NCBI GenBank assembly: GCA_019747905.1
Contig: JAIEQG010000031.1
Location: 706-64,705, forward strand
Source of the DNA: Burkholderiales bacterium
GTDB lineage: Bacteria > Pseudomonadota > Gammaproteobacteria > Burkholderiales > Ga0077523
DNA length: 64,000 nt
Direction: 5' to 3'
A model generated the notes under the pieces. That model ran no database searches and was not told the origin of the DNA. It saw nothing but the letters and a program-made list of their open reading frames with translations. Each line of letters starts with the position of its first letter. Positions within the stretch are counted from its first letter, which is position 1. Shown here in pieces: positions 55,722-64,000 of the stretch. The position numbers were made by a program, and so were the translations under genes.

Positions 55722-56966
55722 ATGCACCGGATTCCGCGTGACAGAACCCTAGATTCGACGATCGCCCTAATGGGTGATCCCTATAGATTTATCTCAAATC
55801 GGTGTCGACGCTACCGATCGGACCTGTTCGAAACGCGGCTTCTCCTGCGGAAGACCATCTGTATGACGGGTCCGGAAGCGGCCCGGCTTTTCTACGATCC
55901 GAGCCGCTTCGTGCGCCGCGGTGCGATGCCTAAAGCCGTCCAGAAGACCTTGCTGGGAGTGGGCGGCGTGCAGGGCCTCGACGACGAAGCGCACCGGCAG
56001 CGCAAGCAGATGTTCATGTCGCTGATGACGCCTGAGCGGATCGAGCAGCTGGTGCAGTTGACGGCGGCCGAGTGGGAGATCCGCGCGCACGGCTGGACAG
56101 CCATGGGCGAGGTGTCGCTCTATCCGGAACTTCACTCGCTTCTAACACGCGCGGCCTGCGCCTGGGCGGGGGTGCCACTGGCGGATTCGGAGGTCGACGC
56201 GCGGACCCGGGAGATTGCTGCGTTGTTCGACCATGCCGGTTCGGTCGGATTGAGGCATTTCTGGTCGCGGTGGGCGCGAAAGCGGGCCGACGGCTGGGCG
56301 GCGGACATCGTCGAACAGATTCGTGGCGGCCGTATCCATCCACCGGAGCAGTCGGCCGCCCACGTCATCGCGTGGCATCGGGATCTGAACGGTGAGCTGC
56401 TGACGCCCCAAATCGCCGCTGTCGAGTTGATCAATGTGATCAGGCCGACAGTTGCCGTCTCGGTCTACATGGTCTTTGTCGCACATGCATTGCACGCGCA
56501 TCCCAAGGTTCGAGAGATGCTTCAAGCCGGAGATGACGGCTACGTCGGCCGCTTCGTCCAAGAGGTTCGCCGGTACTACCCCTTCTTCCCGGCAGTCGCT
56601 GCACGGACGCGCCAAGCCTTCGAATGGAACGGATACCACTTCTTGGCAGGACGACGTGTTCTCCTAGATCTATACGGCACCAACCAGGACCCGCGAACCT
56701 GGGAGAGACCGGAGGACTTCGAGCCCGAGCGATTCCGTCGATCGGATGAGAGTCCATTCGATTTCATCCCACAGGGCGGTGGGGATCACCACGTTGATCA
56801 TCGCTGTCCCGGCGAATGGATCGCAATCGAACTCATGAAGCAGGCAGCGGATTTCCTTACGCGGCGAATGAGCTACGATGTGCCGGAGCAAGACCTGCGC
56901 ATCGAATGGTCGCGGCTACCCGCATTGCCACATAGCCGGTTCGTGATTAGCAATGTGAGAATGTGA
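55722..56966 (+). CDS. Cytochrome P450, CYP152 fatty-acid peroxygenase family
   Basis: I-helix ELINVIRPTVA (Arg-Pro), QEVRRYYPFFP, LDLYGTN and HRCPGEW heme ligand. Confidence 0.9.
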   Translation: MHRIPRDRTLDSTIALMGDPYRFISNRCRRYRSDLFETRLLLRKTICMTGPEAARLFYDPSRFVRRGAMPKAVQKTLLGVGGVQGLDDEAHRQRKQMFMSLMTPERIEQLVQLTAAEWEIRAHGWTAMGEVSLYPELHSLLTRAACAWAGVPLADSEVDARTREIAALFDHAGSVGLRHFWSRWARKRADGWAADIVEQIRGGRIHPPEQSAAHVIAWHRDLNGELLTPQIAAVELINVIRPTVAVSVYMVFVAHALHAHPKVREMLQAGDDGYVGRFVQEVRRYYPFFPAVAARTRQAFEWNGYHFLAGRRVLLDLYGTNQDPRTWERPEDFEPERFRRSDESPFDFIPQGGGDHHVDHRCPGEWIAIELMKQAADFLTRRMSYDVPEQDLRIEWSRLPALPHSRFVISNVRM

Positions 56967-57040
56967 AAGAGAATGGAAGCCGGGAATTGCCTCCATAGCA
57001 TGCATCCAACCTCACGGCCGATTCCACACTTCGCCGCCGC

Positions 57041-57589
57041 CTAGCGGTTCCCCGCCAGCATCAGGACCGCGGCGAGCACATAGGTGAAGACCAGCGGCGC
57101 GGCGGTCAGGGCCATTCCGAAGGCACGGGCGATTGGGCTCGCCGCATAGCCGATTGCGAACGCCGCCCGGCCGACGAGGTAAACCACGACCAGTAAGGGG
57201 ATCAGGACGAGCTCTGAATCTCGCACGACGACGGCCAGAATGAGATGCGCTCCCAGCGTTAGCATGGTCTGCTCAAGCGAATTCTGAAGAATGGCCGCGC
57301 GTAAGGCGATCGCCGGTCTGGGAGGCCCGAATGCCGAGCCCTTGCGGTCCGCTGGAGTCCAGAAGCGGGCCTGCGACACCGCACCGACGCAGCCGGCCAG
57401 CCACAGGAAGATCAACAAATCCCATTTGAGAGCAAATGCGAGGCGATCACCCACCGCCGTCGTGCCGACGACGCCGACGACCTCGGGCGGCAACCACAGG
57501 TACCCGGCGCCCAGCACCGCCACAGCGAAAAGCACTGCAAGGGCGCTTTGCCAGACAATGCTCCATTGCTCGCGGTCAAAGGACATCAT
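57041..57589 (-). CDS. MAPEG-family membrane protein
   Basis: Four TMs, LQNSLEQ and GRAAFAIGY motifs; overlaps the upstream gene's stop. Confidence 0.75.
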   Translation of the reverse strand: MMSFDREQWSIVWQSALAVLFAVAVLGAGYLWLPPEVVGVVGTTAVGDRLAFALKWDLLIFLWLAGCVGAVSQARFWTPADRKGSAFGPPRPAIALRAAILQNSLEQTMLTLGAHLILAVVVRDSELVLIPLLVVVYLVGRAAFAIGYAASPIARAFGMALTAAPLVFTYVLAAVLMLAGNR

Positions 57590-58872
57590 GATTCCTTCTC
57601 GTGGAGCCAGTCTGAATCTCTCGCCTCAGATGCACGTTTCTCGGCTGCAGCCTCTAAGATCTGGTGCGGCCGAAGGGTGGTCAGGACGATCTGCGCCAGC
57701 CCGTTCACATTCGCTGCGACAACGACCACGGTGAGCGCGAGATAGACCCAGCCGAGCCAGGTGAGCGTCCGGATCGTCAACGCGTCATCTTCGCGGAAGC
57801 TGAACGCGAGTCCTACCTGAGCGCTGAACAGCACAGCGAGCGTGAGCGCCCCAATAAGACCGAGCCGCAGGCGCAGCAGCAGTGCCAGCCCGAATAACGA
57901 CTGGGCGGCTGTGAGGAAAAACTCCTCGTGTTGACGGGCATCAAGCGGGAGCGCCATGAGGTTGCCGGCGCCGACGCTCATCGCCAGCGGCAGCATCGCC
58001 ACTAGCAAGGTCCACTGGTTGATCTTATCGCTGATCATCGTCGTGAGGCCGGCAACAGCTCGGTTCGACAGGACGAACAGGATCGCGACTGTGACGGCGG
58101 GCGCTTCACTCGCGAGCGGCGCAAGCCACTGGATGAGCAGGAACTCGTCGATCCCGAGCACACGCCCGGAGTCAACCATCGCTTCGGCGAACGGTTCGGC
58201 AGAGAGGAAGATGACGGCGCCCGCTACCACGGCTAGCCCGATCATCAACGCCCATTGCTGCCCCGGGGGCAGCTGTTCGATTTCAGCGGCAAGCCCGGGC
58301 TCCTCCTGCTCGTCCCTAGCTTTCGGCAACTTTGTCACTCGCCACAGGTAAAGCGCGAATATTCCGACCAGCACCGCCGCATCGAGCGGTGCGATGCTGT
58401 CCTTGAGCAGAATCGTGAAGGCATAGAGGCTTGGCAGCAGCAGAAAGACGATCTCGACGCTGTTGACCGGCGCGAGTGAGATCGCCCTGTTCCGCGAGCG
58501 CCACCAGTGGAGGAGCACCAGCAGCGGCCAGGCCATTCCAACGAGCAGCCGGTTTGCGCCCGTCATGTTGGCTGCGGCATAGTGGACGTAGTTAGACTGC
58601 GGCGCCTGCCCAGCGCGCCAGGCGTAATAGATATCTACCGCATATTCGGGCAGCACGGTGATGATCGCGACCACCGCAAGGATCAGACCGGCTGAAATCT
58701 GCCCCTCCGCAGTCTCCGCCCCCCAGGAGAGCATGAAACCCGCCGCGAGGATCGCTATACCGAAGACCGCCGCGTCCAGGATCGGATCGGGCCGCCAGCC
58801 GACCGCCCGAAAATAGATCGCCGGAACGACGGCGAGGATTGCAATCGCGATCGATATCCGGAGATTTCGCAC
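57586..58872 (-). CDS. CaCA-family (Na+/Ca2+ exchanger-like) antiporter
   Basis: Alpha-repeat motifs TVLPEYAVD...ANMTGAN and PLASEAP...ISDKINQWTLL; about 11 TMs. Confidence 0.82.
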   Translation of the reverse strand: MRNLRISIAIAILAVVPAIYFRAVGWRPDPILDAAVFGIAILAAGFMLSWGAETAEGQISAGLILAVVAIITVLPEYAVDIYYAWRAGQAPQSNYVHYAAANMTGANRLLVGMAWPLLVLLHWWRSRNRAISLAPVNSVEIVFLLLPSLYAFTILLKDSIAPLDAAVLVGIFALYLWRVTKLPKARDEQEEPGLAAEIEQLPPGQQWALMIGLAVVAGAVIFLSAEPFAEAMVDSGRVLGIDEFLLIQWLAPLASEAPAVTVAILFVLSNRAVAGLTTMISDKINQWTLLVAMLPLAMSVGAGNLMALPLDARQHEEFFLTAAQSLFGLALLLRLRLGLIGALTLAVLFSAQVGLAFSFREDDALTIRTLTWLGWVYLALTVVVVAANVNGLAQIVLTTLRPHQILEAAAEKRASEARDSDWLHEKES

Positions 58873-59009
58873 GTTGGCTTCTCCTCAGCGTCTGCCCGGT
58901 CGGTTTGGTTCCAAACCCGCAATGTATTTCGCGATTTCCCGAGGACTCAACATGCTTTCCCATCGCTGTGTGGCAGCTCGCGCCACGTGCCTCCGCGATC
59001 TGATTCGCT

Positions 59010-59040
59010 CGATTACATCCTGTAGCCACTACAGGATCAA
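59010..59040 (-). promoter_or_regulatory. MerR-type promoter/operator 2
   Basis: Minus strand TTGATC followed by perfect dyad TCCTGTAG-TGG-CTACAGGA; the -10 element is weaker (TAATCG at 19 bp). Confidence 0.8.
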
Positions 59041-59213
59041 CCATCATGGCCCCGACCGAAAAAGCTTTCTGAACGTACGGCCTTGCGAGAGGCCTCTCTG
59101 GGGACAGGTGACGACTTGGCCAAGATAATGCGCCGTGAAGGATGCTGGCCGGGACCTGCGACTGACGCGCGGGCGTCATGGCCGAAAGGCCAGAGTTCAA
59201 TTTCGCAGAACCC

Positions 59214-59244
59214 TTGATTCTGTAGTGGCTACAGGAGATATGGT
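59214..59244 (+). promoter_or_regulatory. MerR-type promoter/operator 3
   Basis: TTGATT-19 bp-TATGGT; TTGATTCTGTAGTGGCTACAGGA is identical to operator 1. Confidence 0.87.
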
Positions 59245-59292
59245 CCCTGCGGAGACCAGGCACCGAAGTTCAGATCGCGACCGTAGGAGAGA

Positions 59293-62200
59293 ATGATGAA
59301 AGTTGGTTCTGCGACGCTCAGCCCTGCGAGCTCGCTGCGCTTCAAAGTCGACGGCCTGGATTGCCAGAACGAGGTTCGCGCACTTCGCGCCGCGGTGGGG
59401 CCGTTTGTCGGCGGCGACGATAAGCTGTCATTCAATACTCAAGCCGGTGTCATGGAGGTGATGTCCGACAGTGCTCTGACGGTTGACGCCATCCAGCGGG
59501 CGGTGGCGACGACTGGCATGCAAGCGCATCTCCTGGGGGAGCCGGCGCAGCCTGGACCGGCGCTGCTGTTCCGCGTCGAAGGACTCGATTGCGAGAATGA
59601 GGTCGCGGCGCTCAAGCGTGAGATAGGTCCGCTGGTCGGTGGCGACGCTTGGCTGATGTTTGACACCGCGAACGGGCTCATGACCGTGGCCTCGCAGCGA
59701 CAGGCGTCCGTCGACGATATCATCAGCCGCGTCGTCTCGACCGGCATGCGTGCTTTCCTTGTTGAGGATGGCGCCGCGGAAGCATTGATCTTCCGAGTCC
59801 ATGGTCTCGACTGCAAGAACGAGGTGGCGGCCCTCACGCGGGAACTGGGTCCGCTCGTCGGCGCGGACAAACTGGCCTTCGACACCACGCAAGGCGCGAT
59901 GACCGTGGCCCCTCAGAACCGGACGGCGCCCGACGTGATCGAACAAGCCGTGGCGCGAACGGGCATGCGCGCCGAGCCGTGGATGCCGCCGGCGGTCTCG
60001 TCCCCTGTGTCCGAGCCCTCCAGTAGGCCTGAAGATATGACGTGCGGCTGTGCCGCAGAGGTGCAGGAGGCACTCAGTCCGCCGATCCCGACCCGCTTGC
60101 CGGGCCAGATTGTGTTCCGCATTCACGGCATGGACTGTGCCGACGAGATCGCGGCGTTGAAGCGCGAGGTTGGTCCGCTTGTTGGGGAAGACAAGCTCGC
60201 CTTCGATCTTCTCAACGGCCGCATGTCGATCGACGTGGTGCCGAATGCCGCGCTCGAAGCCCGAGTTGAGAAGGCCGTCGCTCGTGCTGGTCTGCGCGCC
60301 GAGCCCTGGAGTGAAGGCAATACCAGCGAGGCCGCGCTGGCCGAAGAGCGTCGCAAGCAGGTGCAGTCGTGGCTGACAACCGCAAGCGGCGTTCTCACGG
60401 CGCTCGGCTTTGCGGTCCACGCCTGGCTTGGGGGCGGTGTCATCGCGGCCTTCGAAGCAGGCGAACACGCGTTGGGCTCGACACCGTTGCCGAGCATGGT
60501 TCTTTATGCGGTCGCGGTACTCTGCGCGGCGCGCTACGTCGCGCCCAAGGCTTGGCTCGCGGCCAAGCGGCTTCGCCCCGACATGAATCTGTTGATGATG
60601 GTTGCGGTCGCGGGCGCGATTGGCATCGGCGCCTGGTTCGAGGCTGCTACTGTTTCGTTCTTTTTTGCGTTAGCGCTGGCGCTTGAGGCTTGGAGTCTTG
60701 GTCGCGCGCGCCGGGCGGTTGCCGCCCTCATGGAACTCGCGCCGCCGACTGCACGTGTCAAGCTTGAAGACGGCTCCGAGCGCGAGGTCTCGGCGGCCGA
60801 GGTTCGGGTCGGCGCGCGCATCATCGTCCGGCCAGGAGACAAGGTGCCGCTTGACGGCCGGGTCGCCGCTGGCGAGAGCGAGGTCAATCAAGCACCGATC
60901 ACCGGTGAAAGCGTCCCCGTGTTTAAGGTAGAAGGCGACGACGTCTTTGCCGGCACCATCAACGGCGAGGGCGCAATTGAGGTCGTGACCACCAAGGCGG
61001 CGAACGACACGACCCTCGCCCAGATCATCCGCATGGTCGGTTCCGCACAGAGCCGGCGCGCGCCCAGCGAGCAATGGGTGGAGAAGTTCGCGCGCGTCTA
61101 CACGCCTGCGGTGATGGTGCTCGCCGTTGCAATCTTTCTTGCTCCGCCACTGCTCTTGGGCGGTGCCTGGGACGTTTGGTTCTACCGCGCTCTCGTGCTC
61201 CTCGTGATCGCTTGCCCCTGCGCCCTCGTGATCTCGACGCCCGTGACGATCGTGGCGGCACTTGCCGGCGCAGCGAAACAGGGTGTCCTGGTGAAGGGCG
61301 GCGCCCATCTCGAAACGCCTGCGCACCTCAAAGCCATTGCCATGGACAAGACGGGCACGCTCACCGAAGGGCGGCCGCAGGTCGTTGAGATAGTGCCACT
61401 TGTTGGCCGCAGCGAAAGGGAGCTCCTCGGCTTGGCCGCGGCTCTGGAGGCGCGCAGCGCACATCCGATCGCTCGCGCCATCCTGGCGAAAGCCGCCGAA
61501 CTGAACATCGCCGCCGAGCCTGCCGAGGCTGTCCAAGCCATCACTGGCCGAGGCGTCACCGGTCGAGTGGCCGGCCGCGAGATGTGGCTCGGCTCGCGCC
61601 GCTACATTGAGGAGCGGGGCATCGACTCAGCTGAAGTACTACAGCGCGCCGATGCGCTTTCGAGCGCCGGGCGCACTATCGTCGCGGTCGGCGTTGGTCA
61701 GGACGTCTGGGGGCTCGTCGCCGTTGCAGATGCTGTCAGGCCGGAAGCGAAAGACATTGTCACGGCGCTTCACCGCGCCGGGATCGAACACGTGGTGATG
61801 CTCACGGGGGACAACCGCGCAACGGCGGAGGCGATTGCGAAGCAGACGGGCATTGACGAGGTTCGGGCGGAACTTCTGCCCGGCGACAAGGTGGCCGCGG
61901 TCGAGGATTTGGTGCGGCGCTACGGATCGGTGGCGATGGTCGGCGACGGAGTCAACGATGCTCCCGCGATGGGCCGGGCCAATCTCGGTATCGCGATGGG
62001 CGCCATGGGCAGCGACGCCGCAATCGAAACGGCCGATGTCGCACTGATGTCAGACGACCTGTCGAAGCTCTCTTGGCTAGTGCGCCACTCGCGCGCGACG
62101 CTCGCAGTGATCCGGCAGAACGTTGCGTTTTCAATCTTCGTGAAGCTCGTGTTCACGGCGCTGACCGTGGTTGGTCTCGCATCGCTGTGGGGCGCCATCG

Positions 62201-62361
62201 CGGCCGACGTCGGCGCATCGCTGCTGGTCGTTCTCAACGGCCTACGCCTCCTCAATCGTGGTCAGACGACGCTTGAGCGGGGTGGTCCTTCAGCCGGATC
62301 TGGTGTTCCGGCCCGTGTGCATCATGAGTCCACAGTCGCTGCGGTACGCCCGGCGCGCTGA
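59293..62361 (+). CDS. cadA: P1B-2-type heavy-metal ATPase (Cd/Zn/Pb) with four N-terminal HMA-like repeats
   Basis: TGES, CPC, DKTGT, HP and GDGVNDAP motifs, with TM Lys (VKLVF) and Asp (ADVG) typical of P1B-2. Confidence 0.92.
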   Translation: MMKVGSATLSPASSLRFKVDGLDCQNEVRALRAAVGPFVGGDDKLSFNTQAGVMEVMSDSALTVDAIQRAVATTGMQAHLLGEPAQPGPALLFRVEGLDCENEVAALKREIGPLVGGDAWLMFDTANGLMTVASQRQASVDDIISRVVSTGMRAFLVEDGAAEALIFRVHGLDCKNEVAALTRELGPLVGADKLAFDTTQGAMTVAPQNRTAPDVIEQAVARTGMRAEPWMPPAVSSPVSEPSSRPEDMTCGCAAEVQEALSPPIPTRLPGQIVFRIHGMDCADEIAALKREVGPLVGEDKLAFDLLNGRMSIDVVPNAALEARVEKAVARAGLRAEPWSEGNTSEAALAEERRKQVQSWLTTASGVLTALGFAVHAWLGGGVIAAFEAGEHALGSTPLPSMVLYAVAVLCAARYVAPKAWLAAKRLRPDMNLLMMVAVAGAIGIGAWFEAATVSFFFALALALEAWSLGRARRAVAALMELAPPTARVKLEDGSEREVSAAEVRVGARIIVRPGDKVPLDGRVAAGESEVNQAPITGESVPVFKVEGDDVFAGTINGEGAIEVVTTKAANDTTLAQIIRMVGSAQSRRAPSEQWVEKFARVYTPAVMVLAVAIFLAPPLLLGGAWDVWFYRALVLLVIACPCALVISTPVTIVAALAGAAKQGVLVKGGAHLETPAHLKAIAMDKTGTLTEGRPQVVEIVPLVGRSERELLGLAAALEARSAHPIARAILAKAAELNIAAEPAEAVQAITGRGVTGRVAGREMWLGSRRYIEERGIDSAEVLQRADALSSAGRTIVAVGVGQDVWGLVAVADAVRPEAKDIVTALHRAGIEHVVMLTGDNRATAEAIAKQTGIDEVRAELLPGDKVAAVEDLVRRYGSVAMVGDGVNDAPAMGRANLGIAMGAMGSDAAIETADVALMSDDLSKLSWLVRHSRATLAVIRQNVAFSIFVKLVFTALTVVGLASLWGAIAADVGASLLVVLNGLRLLNRGQTTLERGGPSAGSGVPARVHHESTVAAVRPAR

Positions 62362-62400
62362 TCATGGCGTCCGGAAGCTAGATTATGAGGACGTATTGAC

Positions 62401-62985
62401 GTGCAATCTGGAACCTTGCTTGGACGAGCTGCGCTGGCTGGCGCCGCCCTTGCCATCGCTCTCACTATCGACTTCGTCACGAAATGGCTCATCGTCAACG
62501 TTGTGATGGTCCCGCCGCACACGATCGAGATCGCACCATTTTTCAATCTCATGGTTGGTTTCAACACGGGTGTCAGCTTCGGGATGTTCCAAGAGCTCTT
62601 CGTCGATCGCCCACTGTTGCTCGCCGCGCTCATGGCGACGATTGCGGCGGGACTGTTCGTCTGGGCCCTGCGAACGACAAGGCGCATCGAGACATTCGCC
62701 CTAGGTCTGATTGCTGGCGGCGCTGCCGGCAATGTGGTGGACCGGGTGCGTCACGGTGCGGTGATCGATTTCCTCGACCTCCACGTTGGCGATTGGCACT
62801 GGCCCGCCTTCAACATGGCGGACGTCATGATTACAGTAGGCGTCGTCCTGCTGATCACGGGCTCCCTTTGGCCGGCGCGATCGACGGTCTCGATTGACGA
62901 GAGGCCAGCAGATCGAGATTCAAGCGTTCGACCTCACAGCAAAAATGAACAGGAAAGGACCATTCCATGTCAGACACACCGATGA
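62401..62985 (+). CDS. lspA: Lipoprotein signal peptidase II (accessory copy)
   Basis: DFVTK, NTGVSFG, GNVVDR, VIDF and WPAFNMAD motifs. Confidence 0.9.
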   Translation: MQSGTLLGRAALAGAALAIALTIDFVTKWLIVNVVMVPPHTIEIAPFFNLMVGFNTGVSFGMFQELFVDRPLLLAALMATIAAGLFVWALRTTRRIETFALGLIAGGAAGNVVDRVRHGAVIDFLDLHVGDWHWPAFNMADVMITVGVVLLITGSLWPARSTVSIDERPADRDSSVRPHSKNEQERTIPCQTHR

Positions 62986-63305
62986 CCGCCCCTCAATCGA
63001 GAGCCTCAGGTATGTTGTGCCCTCACTGCAAGATCGATCTCGTCATGGCGGATCGCCAGGGTATCGAGATCGACTATTGCCCCACTTGCCGGGGTGTCTG
63101 GCTCGATCGGGGCGAACTCGATAAAATCATCGAGCGTAGCGCCGCACATGACGCGCCTGCACCCGCACCACAAGGGATGCGCCCGCAGGACAACTACCCG
63201 AACCAAGGCGGCCGCTATGACCAAGGCGGCTACGGTCGTCGCGATGATTGCGATGACCGCGGGCACCGGGGCCGCCGAGGGTTCCTTGGACAGCTATTCG
63301 ACTGA
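62967..63305 (+). CDS. zf-TFIIB zinc-ribbon protein with a Gly/Tyr/Arg-rich tail
   Basis: CPHC...GIEIDYCPTCRGVWLDRGELDKII...FLGQLFD. Confidence 0.85.
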   Translation: MSDTPMTAPQSRASGMLCPHCKIDLVMADRQGIEIDYCPTCRGVWLDRGELDKIIERSAAHDAPAPAPQGMRPQDNYPNQGGRYDQGGYGRRDDCDDRGHRGRRGFLGQLFD

Positions 63306-63481
63306 TCTGGAGCAGGCGAGCGATCGTCCGAACGCATCAGCGTGCGGTTCCATTCGTGGACTTCACGTCGGCGATTGGCAGTCTTCGCCTGGTATCGAGC
63401 CACGACGCTCAGCAGGATCAATTGTTTCTCGACTGCTTTCGTCACGCGCGACAAGGCGATTAGGCGGATTTCCGGTACATC

Positions 63482-64000
63482 ATGGATAATCAATCAACCG
63501 GGAGGCGCGCCCTTCTGTTCTTGAACCCGCGAAGCCGCAGCGGTGGTGACCGCGAGCCAGATGCCGCCGTCCGGCAGCTCGAGGATGGCGGATTTACCTT
63601 GACGCGTGTGCTTTGCGCCCAGGCAGGAGACATAGCCCAAGAGGTCAAGCGGCATGCGCAGCAGGTTGATCTTGTGATTGTCGGCGGCGGCGACGGGACT
63701 GTCAATGCCGTGCTCAAGGGCGTGCTGGAGACCGGGTTGCCGCTGGGCATCTTACCGTTTGGCACGGCAAACGACCTTGCCCGGACACTTGGCATTCCGA
63801 GCGACCCGGCAGCGGCGGCCTCGGTCATCGTCGCGGGCCGGACACGTCGGATAGATATCGGCCAAGTCAACGACCAGTTCTTCGTCAACGTAGCGAGCAT
63901 GGGTCTAAGCGTTGAGCTCGCGCGTCGGATGACCGGCAACCTGAAGCGGCATTTGGGGCGGCTCAGCTATCCACTGGCTGCGCTAAAGACAGTGCTTTAC
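63482..64000 (+). CDS. Diacylglycerol kinase/YegS-family lipid kinase, partial (runs off the window edge)
   Basis: Not in the ORF track. Manual translation gives MDNQSTGRRALLFLNPRS...VIVGGGDGTVN...LGILPFGTANDLARTLGIP...FFVNVASMG. Confidence 0.88.
   Translation, partial: MDNQSTGRRALLFLNPRSRSGGDREPDAAVRQLEDGGFTLTRVLCAQAGDIAQEVKRHAQQVDLVIVGGGDGTVNAVLKGVLETGLPLGILPFGTANDLARTLGIPSDPAAAASVIVAGRTRRIDIGQVNDQFFVNVASMGLSVELARRMTGNLKRHLGRLSYPLAALKTVLY

Larger units (their letters stand above)
49583..64000. mobile_element. Genomic island carrying a metal-resistance module (extends beyond the window's right edge)
   Basis: Compositional shift right after 49582, gene remnants and metal efflux genes; the rpsB gene usually adjacent to map is absent here. 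Confidence 0.7.

Overview
High-GC betaproteobacterial chromosome segment (taxon inferred from gene order) with a core backbone flanked by two accessory islands. Left edge (1-3570): lower-GC island downstream of tRNA-Ser(GGA), with a DUF4238-type gene cut by the window edge, a trypsin-like protease, an unknown membrane protein and an orphan tRNA-Leu 3' fragment; this is a candidate defence island. Core (3574-49200): acs, class I fumarase, ffs, dnaX-ybaB-recR-rluB, a Slam/DUF560-like barrel plus FecR-domain cargo pair (candidate type XI secretion), prmB-dapE-pilU-like-dapD-dapC, smc-zipA-ligA-galU-hpt-mtnP-def, a flagellin glycosylation island (LicC-like nucleotidyltransferase, two TPR-GT41 enzymes with one fused to GT61, FdtABC-like genes), fliC-flaG-fliD-fliS-fliT and associated genes, and glnD-map. 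At 49390-49582 an unrecognised, highly structured non-coding segment ends in CCA exactly where the right island begins. Right island (49583-64000): gene remnants, then a CadR/PbrR-like MerR regulator whose operator-promoter occurs three times. These copies precede a P1B ATPase with four CxxE metal-binding repeats plus lspA, a PaaK-like ligase/CDF/CYP152 unit, and a CaCA antiporter/MAPEG unit. All calls come from motif recognition by eye; no searches were run.
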